From Candidatus Saccharimonadales bacterium (lineage in GTDB: Bacteria > Patescibacteriota > Saccharimonadia > Saccharimonadales > UBA4665), in contig JBBRZB010000001.1 of the NCBI GenBank assembly GCA_038237095.1, positions 38,019 to 102,018 of the forward strand: DNA of 64,000 nt, in the 5' to 3' direction. The position numbers were made by a program, and so were the translations under genes. The notes beneath the pieces were generated by a model. That model made no database searches and had not been told where the DNA came from. It worked only from the letters and a program-made list of their open reading frames with translations. Positions 18,808 through 27,153 of the stretch are shown piece after piece; the first letter of the stretch is position 1, and each line of letters starts with the position of its first letter.

Positions 18808-19287
18808 ATGGCACGAAGCCTAAACCAAGTAACATTAATGGGTAACCTTACCCGTGATCCTGAATTGCGTCAGACGCCAAATGGCCAAAACGTAACCAGC
18901 TTTAGCCTCGCACTCAACCGTAGCTATAAAGACGCCAGCGGTGAATGGCAGGAAGCTACCGACTACATCGATATTGTTAGTTGGGGCCCACTCGCAGAAC
19001 GCGTAGCACAATATTTGAGCAAAGGTCGCCGCTGTCTCGTCCAAGGACGTGTGCAGAGCCGGAACTGGGAACAGGATGGTCAAAAGCGTAGCAAAGTAGA
19101 AGTACTTGCCAACGATGTGACGTTCCTCGACAGCCGTGGTGAAGGTGGTGAGAGTACCAATGTAGGTGGTAACACTGCCAACGATGCTCCAGCTAGCAAG
19201 CCAGCCCCCAGCAAGAAGGCTAAAGACGACGTAGTCATCGAAGATATCGGTGACGCACCAATCAATCTCGACGACATCCCATTTTAA
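18808..19287 (+). CDS. ssb: single-stranded DNA-binding protein
   Basis: OB fold (LNQVTLMGNLTRDPELRQTPNG). Gly/Ala-rich linker and acidic tip ending DDIPF. Confidence 0.92.
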   Translation: MARSLNQVTLMGNLTRDPELRQTPNGQNVTSFSLALNRSYKDASGEWQEATDYIDIVSWGPLAERVAQYLSKGRRCLVQGRVQSRNWEQDGQKRSKVEVLANDVTFLDSRGEGGESTNVGGNTANDAPASKPAPSKKAKDDVVIEDIGDAPINLDDIPF

Positions 19288-19341
19288 GTAATTTCATCCT
19301 AAATTAGTTTTAGGATTCCATATACGAAAGGAATATCAGTA

Positions 19342-19545
19342 ATGGCTAAGATTTTTAAGCACCGAACCGATGTAGCCTATTTTGACTACAAAGATTTTAA
19401 GACCTTACAGCGTTACGTTAACGGCTACGGGCAGATTGAGTCTCGCAAGAAGACTGGTCTAACCGAGAGTCAGCAACGACGCTTGAGCAAAGCTATGAAG
19501 CGCGCTCGACACATTGCACTTTTGCCCTTTGTGGCAAATAATTAG
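19342..19545 (+). CDS. rpsR: 30S ribosomal protein S18
   Basis: Motifs YFDYKDFKTLQRYV and TGLTESQQRRLSKAMKRARHIALLPF. Confidence 0.92.
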   Translation: MAKIFKHRTDVAYFDYKDFKTLQRYVNGYGQIESRKKTGLTESQQRRLSKAMKRARHIALLPFVANN

Positions 19546-19730
19546 TGTAGTTCATACCAATTGTCATTACGCTAACTTCTCTAGTTATTCCGACTGCAGT
19601 GGAGGAATCTGTTAAAGGAAAATAGATTTCTCCGCTTTGGTCGAGATGACAGTGGTGAGTAAGCTTGATACGATGAAGTAGTTCAAACAGAGAAACAGTC
19701 TATGTTTCTCGAAGGGGAAGGGTAAGAGGG

Positions 19731-20306
19731 TTGTCCAAAGTTCCGTATAAGGCTTCCAAAGCCTGGCATTTGGGTCATACGCTAACGATTGATGTCTATC
19801 AGTTGGCGGTTCGTTTGTATCAGATTGGTCAAACGGATTTAGCTACTAATATTCATGAATCATCACGCAGTGTTCCTCATCACATTGCTGATGCGCACAA
19901 ACCTAATGCGACGGACAAAGACGAACACTTACATTTAGCCCGTGAAGCACTCGCAGAATTAGATTCACACCTATTGTTTCTGAAAGAGTTACAATACGTT
20001 GATGAAGCAACTTGGAGCGATTTGTCGCGCCGAGGCGCCGAAGTGTACAGCCTGCTTGGCACGCTGGTCACTGGGCCGCGGCTCGTCCCGCAAACGATCC
20101 TAGCACCAATCGAAACAACCGTGGAGGAACCAGATGGCATTATCGATAACAGAACTGAAGAAAGGGACCCTCTTCCAATGGGAAGGGCAACCGTTTCGCG
20201 TGGTCGACTACAATCAGAAAGTGATGGGGCGTGGCGGATCAATCGTCAACGTCCGAATCAAGAGTTTACTCGACGGCAAAGTCCTCGAAAAAACATTCAA
20301 GGGTAA
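19731..20306 (+). CDS. four-helix-bundle protein (23S rRNA-intervening-sequence protein family-like) with a 3' extension into efp
   Basis: TTG start. Residues 1-~115 match the family layout (..IHESSRSVPHHIADAH.., LHLAREALAELDSHLLFLKEL). The last ~57 codons overlap efp out of frame. Confidence 0.5.
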   Translation: MSKVPYKASKAWHLGHTLTIDVYQLAVRLYQIGQTDLATNIHESSRSVPHHIADAHKPNATDKDEHLHLAREALAELDSHLLFLKELQYVDEATWSDLSRRGAEVYSLLGTLVTGPRLVPQTILAPIETTVEEPDGIIDNRTEERDPLPMGRATVSRGRLQSESDGAWRINRQRPNQEFTRRQSPRKNIQG

Positions 20307-20700
20307 CGAACAACTTGATAGGGCAGACGTGACCAATCAAACGGTCCAGTATCTGTACAGTGACGCTACCATATTTTTCTTCATGAACGATGATACCTTT
20401 GAACAGTTCGAGGTTTCGGCTGATTTAGTCGCTGACGGAGCAGGATACATGAAGGAAGGTGATACCGTTAGCTTGCAATTCTTTGACGGTCGAGCTATCA
20501 ATGTCGAGCTACCAAAAAACGTGCCATTACTCGTAACCTACACCGAAGACGCTGTGAAAGGCGACACGAGCTCATCAATCACTAAAGACGCGACGCTTGA
20601 AACTGGCATCACCATTAAAGTCCCTGCATTTATCAAGCAAGGAGACCTCATATCCGTTGACACCACCACCGGCGCCTACCGCGAACGTGTTAAGGACTAA
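20134..20700 (+). CDS. efp: elongation factor P
   Basis: Starts MALSITELKKGTLFQWEGQPFRVVDYNQKVMGRGGSIVNVRIKSL. SD ggagg lies 6 nt upstream. Confidence 0.92.
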   Translation: MALSITELKKGTLFQWEGQPFRVVDYNQKVMGRGGSIVNVRIKSLLDGKVLEKTFKGNEQLDRADVTNQTVQYLYSDATIFFFMNDDTFEQFEVSADLVADGAGYMKEGDTVSLQFFDGRAINVELPKNVPLLVTYTEDAVKGDTSSSITKDATLETGITIKVPAFIKQGDLISVDTTTGAYRERVKD

Positions 20701-20707
20701 GGACCTT

Positions 20708-21214
20708 GTGAACCAATTTACTGATCTTGTAATCGTGAGCTTTCTCGAGAATCAGCCAGAAGGCGATACGTTTGTACGAAGTCGTCACGGTGGTTGGCCC
20801 TTACATATAACCTTGGTTCCTTGGTTCGGAGTCTCCGATTACGAAAAACTAGATCTTGAACTAAGGCGTATTGTTCAAAAACAGCATCCAGTTACTGCCG
20901 TGATAGGTTCTGAGCAATTATTTGGGAGTAATCACGACATTCCGGTGAACGTTATCGAAAATCAGACAGAACTTAAGCAGCTTCATGACGAACTAACGTC
21001 AATCATTCAATCAGGAGGCGAATTTTTTGAGGCTCAGTGGGTTGGCGATAAATACAACGCGCATATTACGAAGCACATGAATGAAGGCCAACAACTAAAT
21101 GTTGGCGATAGATGTCTCATTGACCACCTATATGTTGTTAAGATGCTTGATGATGATCACTGCCAATTTTTGAAAAAGTATCATTTTGGAGCTGGCGATG
21201 AAACGACGGCTTGA
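20708..21214 (+). CDS. 2H phosphoesterase superfamily protein (LigT-like)
   Basis: Two HxT motifs (PLHITLVP and NAHITKH). GTG start just after the efp stop. Confidence 0.6.
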   Translation: MNQFTDLVIVSFLENQPEGDTFVRSRHGGWPLHITLVPWFGVSDYEKLDLELRRIVQKQHPVTAVIGSEQLFGSNHDIPVNVIENQTELKQLHDELTSIIQSGGEFFEAQWVGDKYNAHITKHMNEGQQLNVGDRCLIDHLYVVKMLDDDHCQFLKKYHFGAGDETTA

Positions 21215-21923
21215 TCAAACGGTGGCTAGTCGGGGGCTTGTTTCGTCACGCAGTCAGGCTGAAAGTTATATCAAGCTGGGGCAGGTGACTGTTAATGGCA
21301 AAGCTGTAACTAAGCCCGGTGCGCTTGTACAAGATAGTGATGTAATTGTGGTGACAGCGAGTGAGCAATATGTGAGCCGTGCAGCCCTTAAATTAGCATC
21401 TGTTACGGAGACGTTCGGGTTAAATTTCCATAGAAAAGTCGTACTCGATGTTGGGAGCAGCACGGGCGGTTTTACCGATTACGCGCTGCAACACGGGGCT
21501 ACAAAAGTTATCGCAGTTGAAGTGGGGACAGACCAACTTCATCCCGCATTACACGGGCATCCGAAGATTGAGCTGCATGAAAAGACCGACATCCGCGATT
21601 TCAAAACCGAGCAGTCAGTTGATATTATCGTGGCTGACGTCTCATTTATATCGTTACGCGAAATTCTGCCCAGCATTGGGAGATTATCACATCCCAAAAC
21701 TTTGATTGTTGTGATGGTGAAGCCACAATTCGAAGCCGGCAACGATAATCTTAAGCACAAAGGTGTTATTAAGAACGATGCTATGCGCCGAGATATTCTC
21801 AAAGGCTTTGAAACGTGGACAGCGCAGCATTTTATTATTGTCGATAAGGCTGATTCAGCTGTTAGTGGCGCTAAGGGTAACAAAGAACGATTCTACGTGC
21901 TCAAAAAACTAAAAAATCGCTAG
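21198..21923 (+). CDS. tlyA: TlyA-family rRNA 2'-O-methyltransferase
   Basis: S4 domain (RRLDQTVASRGLVSSRSQAESYIKLGQVTVNGK) plus FtsJ-like SAM motif VLDVGSSTGGFTD. Confidence 0.85.
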   Translation: MKRRLDQTVASRGLVSSRSQAESYIKLGQVTVNGKAVTKPGALVQDSDVIVVTASEQYVSRAALKLASVTETFGLNFHRKVVLDVGSSTGGFTDYALQHGATKVIAVEVGTDQLHPALHGHPKIELHEKTDIRDFKTEQSVDIIVADVSFISLREILPSIGRLSHPKTLIVVMVKPQFEAGNDNLKHKGVIKNDAMRRDILKGFETWTAQHFIIVDKADSAVSGAKGNKERFYVLKKLKNR

Positions 21924-21976
21924 TAGCGGTATTTTCACCTCTCGAAAAGCACTAGCTTTTACGGTACACTGCAAGT

Positions 21977-22630
21977 ATGTATTTCGCCTCACGCATGCAG
22001 GCTGGTCGGATGCTCGCGACCCAGCTAATGCCCAAGTTTCGCTATGAAAACTGCGCCGTCGTTGCATTGAACGATGGTGGTGTAATGGTTGGTGCTCAAA
22101 TTGCCAGTCAACTGCACTGCATTCTGATGATGCTACTGACGTCTGAGATTATGCTTCCACTCGAACCTGACGCTCTCGCCGGTATTACGCCCTCAGGAGC
22201 TATGGCCTACAACAGTCGTTACTCTGAAGGTGAAATCGATGAATTGCGAAGCGAATATTTTAGCCTGATTGAGCAAGAAAAAATGACTAGCATGCATGAA
22301 ATGGGCCGAGCCTCAAAGAAGGGGGTGCTAGATAAGCAGCAACTTAAGGGTCGGAACGTTATTATCGTGTCTGACGGCCTAAAGTCTGGCTTCCCACTAG
22401 ATATCGTGGCTGAATTCCTGAAAACTACGGCAATTGAAAAACTAATTGTTGCGACACCATTAGCGAGCGTAAAAGCAGTTGACCGAATGCACATTGTTGC
22501 AGATCAAATCTATTGTTTGAGCGTGGTTGAAGATTTCATCAGCACGGAGCACTATTATGATCAAAACGATGTCCCCGATCACGATAAGGCAGTGGAAACA
22601 ATCGAGAAAATTATCCTTGATTGGAAGTAG
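21977..22630 (+). CDS. phosphoribosyltransferase-family protein
   Basis: PRPP-binding-type motif NVIIVSDGLKSG. N-terminal FASRMQAGRMLA is typical of predicted PRTases. Confidence 0.65.
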   Translation: MYFASRMQAGRMLATQLMPKFRYENCAVVALNDGGVMVGAQIASQLHCILMMLLTSEIMLPLEPDALAGITPSGAMAYNSRYSEGEIDELRSEYFSLIEQEKMTSMHEMGRASKKGVLDKQQLKGRNVIIVSDGLKSGFPLDIVAEFLKTTAIEKLIVATPLASVKAVDRMHIVADQIYCLSVVEDFISTEHYYDQNDVPDHDKAVETIEKIILDWK

Positions 22631-22638
22631 GTTGAACG

Positions 22639-23292
22639 TTAATTAAGGTGTTTCTGCAAACTCTCAACGTCTTTTAGGACGATAAAACCATTCTGCGCCC
22701 CGATGTAGCCTTTGCGCTCTAACGCTGACATCTCACGGCTGGCGGTTTCACGGGTAGCATTAACTGAACTAGCGATATCCTGATGCCGCAAAGGGACCTC
22801 GAGCACCGTACCGTCTTTGGTTATTTTGCCAAAGCGATGGCTCATGGTGAGTAGGAACGAAATAATACGTTCGCGGACAGTACGATATTCAAGATTGAGA
22901 ATTCGCTCGCTATGCAGGCGATACATCTCGAGAGTCATAACTAAGAGTGGAGAATAGAGGGCTGGATCGGCTTCGATTGATTCTAGGAATTGTTCGCGAC
23001 TGATGCGCCAGACGGTAGTGGCTGCCAAGGCTTGATATATGACGTGGCGCTCTTGCCCAGTGATTGCCCATATAAGCGGGAACACTTCGTCTGACTTACG
23101 AATGATGAGCAAGTTCTCTTCGTCGTACTTCGTAATATCGTAGGCTTTGACGAGTCCTAGCTCTACATAAAAAACGCCGGATGGCAATTCATCCGGGCGA
23201 ATAATAAAGTCACCTTTACGGTATTGTTGTTTTTTGCCGCGCTGTTTGAATATGTCAAACAATTGTGCGGTCTGGTGAGGGGAGTCCAACAC
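22639..23292 (-). CDS. Crp/Fnr-family transcriptional regulator
   Basis: cNMP-binding-like beta-roll followed by a C-terminal HTH (HQDIASSVNATRETASREMSALERKGYI). Confidence 0.85.
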   Translation of the reverse strand: MLDSPHQTAQLFDIFKQRGKKQQYRKGDFIIRPDELPSGVFYVELGLVKAYDITKYDEENLLIIRKSDEVFPLIWAITGQERHVIYQALAATTVWRISREQFLESIEADPALYSPLLVMTLEMYRLHSERILNLEYRTVRERIISFLLTMSHRFGKITKDGTVLEVPLRHQDIASSVNATRETASREMSALERKGYIGAQNGFIVLKDVESLQKHLN

Positions 23293-23400
23293 ACATATAT
23301 TATGACTGTTTAAGAAATTATCGTCAAACTAAACAGATGAGCGTAAGCAGGATCGTCTCTGTTAAGCCTCAAAATTTGTGATAAATATTCCACAAACTTG

Positions 23401-23414
23401 GTGATGATTTTCAC
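23401..23414. promoter_or_regulatory. candidate Crp/Fnr-type operator
   Basis: GTGA-TGATTT-TCAC matches the core of TGTGA-N6-TCACA. It abuts a -35-like cTGACA (23414-23419) and TATAGT (23438-23443). A second, looser TGTGA-N9-CACA lies at 23377-23394. Confidence 0.5.
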
Positions 23415-23469
23415 TGACACAGCCCTAACTGTCAGCATATAGTTAAGGTACATAAGGGGAGGAAAACAA

Positions 23470-24300
23470 ATGGTCAGTTCTCAATCCGTGTACGATCAAC
23501 TCAAGCGACTTCATGTAAATACGCAGTCGTGGGGTCGTAGCGAAATTCGCGAACTTCCGCAGATTTTGCTTCCCGACGAAGAGATTTATGAGTGTGTAAA
23601 CGGTATCTATGATGCTGGTTTCGCGCTATTGGTGGCTACTGATGTTCGCGTACTGCTCATTGATAAAAAACCGCTCAACTATCTGACGGTCGAGGACGTA
23701 CGCTTCGATATGATTACCGAAATCGACTACAGTCACCGTATGGTTGGCGCAGCAATCTCGATTAGTGCTGGCTCCAAAAATTTGGTCTTCCGAAGCTATA
23801 ACAAGCCACGCTTACGAAAGCTAATTAGCCACGTCCAACACTGTATGGCCGAAGCCAAGCGTCAGCACCAAATGCAGCAAGAAGGTCAGAATCTTCACCT
23901 AGAGAACATCAATCAGCAGCTACAACTCTACTTGTTGGCACAACAAGGTCATGAACGAGAATTAACGCGTCGTTTATTCGAAGTGCAGGCTACCGCCGCT
24001 CAGCAGGCACCAGTATTTCAACCACAGCTACCTGTCTCGAGCGCCCAACCCGAATCATATGCCTTGTCAGATCAACTAGCAGCGGAGGCTCAGGCGGAAA
24101 TATTTGGCAAGCCAAATGCTCCAGTTAGTTTGCGGCCTGCTATGCAGCCAACGGTTGATGAAATGGGAAACATCCAGTTTGACCCTAATCGTACAGCTTA
24201 CAGCCGAGTTCCACTTAGCTTACGACATCGGAACTTCGGCAGGGCTGCAACAATCGGATCCAGCCTTACTAAGGCCGCGTCAGTCACAACTGCTCAGTAA
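23470..24300 (+). CDS. bacterial PH-domain-like protein with Gln-rich C-terminal half
   Basis: The N-terminal ~130 aa resemble bPH/YokE-like domains (LPDEEIYECVNG...LLVATDVRVLLID). Strong SD aaggggagg. Confidence 0.55.
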   Translation: MVSSQSVYDQLKRLHVNTQSWGRSEIRELPQILLPDEEIYECVNGIYDAGFALLVATDVRVLLIDKKPLNYLTVEDVRFDMITEIDYSHRMVGAAISISAGSKNLVFRSYNKPRLRKLISHVQHCMAEAKRQHQMQQEGQNLHLENINQQLQLYLLAQQGHERELTRRLFEVQATAAQQAPVFQPQLPVSSAQPESYALSDQLAAEAQAEIFGKPNAPVSLRPAMQPTVDEMGNIQFDPNRTAYSRVPLSLRHRNFGRAATIGSSLTKAASVTTAQ

Positions 24301-25386
24301 CTATTTACTAACGTTAAATCGAAATTCGACGACATCTTCGGGTTGCATTACGTAGGTTTTGCCTTCGGTGCGGACTTTGCCCGCTGCACGAGCACTAGTC
24401 AGTGAACCCGTGGCAAGCAAGTCAGGACAGCTTACAATTTCGGCAGCAATAAAGCCTCGTTCAAAATCACCATGAATGACACCTGCGGCTTGTGGCGCGG
24501 TAGCACCAACGGGGATGGTCCAAGCGCGGACTTCTTTTTCACCAGCTGTTAAGTAACTCTGCAGGCCAAGCGTTTGGTACGCGGCATGAATCAGCTGCAG
24601 GAGACCTGACTCGGATTGACCGTAGCTTTCGAGCAGCTCTTCCGCATCATTTGCGTCAAGATCCTTTAACTCGCTTTCAAGCTTGGCACAGACGAATAAT
24701 GACTGGGCAGGGGCGACCAAGTCTCGCAGGCTTTGCTGTTTGGCACTATCGCTTAAACCATTTTCGTCGAGATTGAATACATATATCACGGGCTTCATAG
24801 TGAGTAACTGTAAATCCGCAGTATGCTCTTCATTGATTTCAGGGTAGTTCCAGAGAGGCTGACCATCGTTTAGGAGGGTATTAATATGCTCAAAGGTGGC
24901 CACAATTGGCTGCAATTTAGCATCGGCCCGTGCCTCTTTTTGTATACGTGGTAGTCGTTTGGTGAGAGTCTGTAAATCAGCGAGTACTAATTCGGTGTTG
25001 ATAACATCGATGTCTTTTTTAGGATCGTGTGCTTCGTCGACGTGCAAGACATTATCATCTTCAAACGCGCGAACGACTTGCACGATGGCGTTGGTTGAAC
25101 GAATATGGCTCAAAAACTGGTTTCCAAGACCTTCACCTTCGCTAGCACCGGCAACTAAGCCAGCAATATCTACGAATGTAACGGTCGCGGGAACAATTTT
25201 GTCGGTGTGGTACAGTTCACCCAACTTCTCAAGGCGTGTATCAGGAACAGGCACGACACCAGTGTTTGGTTCAATCGTCGCGAATGGATAATTTGCAGCC
25301 AAAATATTACTACCTGTCAGGGCATTAAACAGGGTAGACTTGCCAACATTGGGCAAACCAACGATACCAATCGATAACGAACTCAT
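24301..25386 (-). CDS. ychF: ribosome-binding ATPase YchF
   Basis: Motifs IGIVGLPNVGKSTLFNALT, a TGS-like C-terminus and FIAAEIV. Confidence 0.95.
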   Translation of the reverse strand: MSSLSIGIVGLPNVGKSTLFNALTGSNILAANYPFATIEPNTGVVPVPDTRLEKLGELYHTDKIVPATVTFVDIAGLVAGASEGEGLGNQFLSHIRSTNAIVQVVRAFEDDNVLHVDEAHDPKKDIDVINTELVLADLQTLTKRLPRIQKEARADAKLQPIVATFEHINTLLNDGQPLWNYPEINEEHTADLQLLTMKPVIYVFNLDENGLSDSAKQQSLRDLVAPAQSLFVCAKLESELKDLDANDAEELLESYGQSESGLLQLIHAAYQTLGLQSYLTAGEKEVRAWTIPVGATAPQAAGVIHGDFERGFIAAEIVSCPDLLATGSLTSARAAGKVRTEGKTYVMQPEDVVEFRFNVSK

Positions 25387-25486
25387 TACTCTCTATTCTA
25401 ACAGATAAAGATAGTAATAATTACTCTTTTATTGCAAAATAAGCAATAATATGCTAATGTTTATATAGTTAAGACACAACAAAAAT

Positions 25487-26266
25487 ATGATTCATTCACA
25501 AGAATTAGTACACGCTGAAACAATGTCGCCTCCTCCTGTGGCTGAGATGCAGGCTGTGCCAGCCAGCCGATTGGCTCGATTCGCGGGTCGTATTTTGGGT
25601 CGACAAACTGTAGCCGGCTCAATTTCAGGTGGCCACGAATTCGACACTTCACAGGCTCCTGAGATAGAAATGCCTACCTATGAGACTGAAATGACTGCTT
25701 GGACTGAGTATGTATCCCAAGATCTTGCTCAGCTTGCCGGCAAGCTTGAGACGAATAATACAGCTGCTGACCATACCTGGAAGCTGCACCAAAAGCTCTA
25801 CTCAAGCCAACGTGTAGGTCGTGAGTGGCAGGACTATGGTGACTTAGCAAAACGCGGTATCGATAAGCGATACGGCACCCAAACACAACTACGTGACAAC
25901 GAAGAAAAGCTAACTAAGACTATTCGCCATCGAAAGAACCAGCTGGCGTATGCTAAAGAGCATAACAACCTGCTCGAATACACTGATGAACTAGATGTCA
26001 GTACCTACGCTAGATATATGGGTGAGCCGGATCAACTAGGTGACTCGTTTAACGTTCCTAAAACGAAGAATCCTACTACCGATCCAGATAAAGCGGCTAC
26101 AGTATTAAATGAGCTACCGTTTGTGAAAAAACGAGATATCGAGTATGTCTATAATCCCCAGCATCCTAAGATTATCATCAGGGGTGCAATTAATTTTCCA
26201 ACTGAGCGTATCATTGGCGTGGAATCATTTGATTCTTGGGCGGGGCGAAGCTATCGGACATTTTAA
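25487..26266 (+). CDS. hypothetical protein (possibly the N-terminal part of a split ParB-like protein)
   Basis: 259-aa ORF with no recognisable family. The C-terminal segment INFPTERIIGVES resembles the first strand/motif of ParB/Srx-fold domains. Confidence 0.5.
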   Translation: MIHSQELVHAETMSPPPVAEMQAVPASRLARFAGRILGRQTVAGSISGGHEFDTSQAPEIEMPTYETEMTAWTEYVSQDLAQLAGKLETNNTAADHTWKLHQKLYSSQRVGREWQDYGDLAKRGIDKRYGTQTQLRDNEEKLTKTIRHRKNQLAYAKEHNNLLEYTDELDVSTYARYMGEPDQLGDSFNVPKTKNPTTDPDKAATVLNELPFVKKRDIEYVYNPQHPKIIIRGAINFPTERIIGVESFDSWAGRSYRTF

Positions 26267-26270
26267 TTCT

Positions 26271-26612
26271 ATGGTTGCGATTCCAAACGGCAAAGGCGAG
26301 AAAAAATTTACGCCAACCTCCATACCTGACATCGAAAAGACTTCAATCGGCGCGATTACTGATTATGCGCAACGCGATCCAGCTGAACTAGCAGACTACG
26401 GAGATAGTGCTGGAATTAGGATTGTGCAAGATAGCAGTGGTGAGTATTGGGGCATTGCCTACACCGATGGTTCGCACCGCGTCGCTGCCGCTAAGCTTCG
26501 AGGAGCAGCTACGGTGCCAATTAGCGAACTTGAGATTGCCTCCGATGAAGATATGCCTCGTATCCCGTTCGCTGTTCGTGATATGACAGGGTCAGTGGAA
26601 CTAGCTGCTTAA
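26271..26612 (+). CDS. ParB/sulfiredoxin-fold-like small protein
   Basis: IRIVQDSSGEYWGIAYTDGSHRVAAAKLRGAATVPI matches the DGxHR..Aa..lG core of ParB N-terminal-type domains. The ATG lies 5 nt after the upstream stop, in another frame. Confidence 0.5.
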   Translation: MVAIPNGKGEKKFTPTSIPDIEKTSIGAITDYAQRDPAELADYGDSAGIRIVQDSSGEYWGIAYTDGSHRVAAAKLRGAATVPISELEIASDEDMPRIPFAVRDMTGSVELAA

Positions 26613-26641
26613 AGTAGTACGGGCAGATTATCGATAAAGGG

Positions 26642-26676
26642 TTGACCTAAATAGATTAGCTGCTAAACTAATTAGT
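26642..26676 (+). promoter_or_regulatory. marR promoter with overlapping palindromic operator candidates
   Basis: TTGACC (26642-26647), 16-nt spacer, TAAACT (26664-26669). Palindromes TTAGC-T-GCTAA (26656-26666) and ACTAATTAGT (26667-26676). Confidence 0.5.
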
Positions 26677-26688
26677 AACTAAGCTATT

Positions 26689-27153
26689 ATGTCGAGAAAT
26701 CAATTATTACTCAATCTTGCCGAGAACTTAACTATCTTTGTTAAGCATATGCACCCGCAGAGCACGCCTGAAAACGATAAGCTGTGTATCAGTATTTTTG
26801 GTAAGCAATTATCACCAGCCCAGAAGCACGCATTGATGATTATTGGCAGTGATGGGGAAATGAATATCAAGCAGCTCGCAACAGTGCTCAAAATTACCTC
26901 CGGTGCCGCGACGCAGCACGTTGGCGCGCTTGAGTCGCTCGGTGCTGTGGAACGTGTCATGAGCGAGGCGGACCGTCGTGAAGTGTTTATTCGAGTCACC
27001 GATAAAGGCAAGAGTATGGTGGCTGCTATTCGATCAGAATTTTTGACTGGTTTGGAAGCTGCTTTTGAGGAATTGGATGACGCTGAGCTGGAACAATTTG
27101 TTCAATTGATGACAAAAGCTAATACTAAATATGTAACTGAGGAGCAGGCGTAA
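26689..27153 (+). CDS. MarR-family transcriptional regulator
   Basis: Winged HTH (MNIKQLATVLKITSGAATQHVGALESLGAVERV...DRREVFIRVTDKG). Confidence 0.85.
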   Translation: MSRNQLLLNLAENLTIFVKHMHPQSTPENDKLCISIFGKQLSPAQKHALMIIGSDGEMNIKQLATVLKITSGAATQHVGALESLGAVERVMSEADRREVFIRVTDKGKSMVAAIRSEFLTGLEAAFEELDDAELEQFVQLMTKANTKYVTEEQA

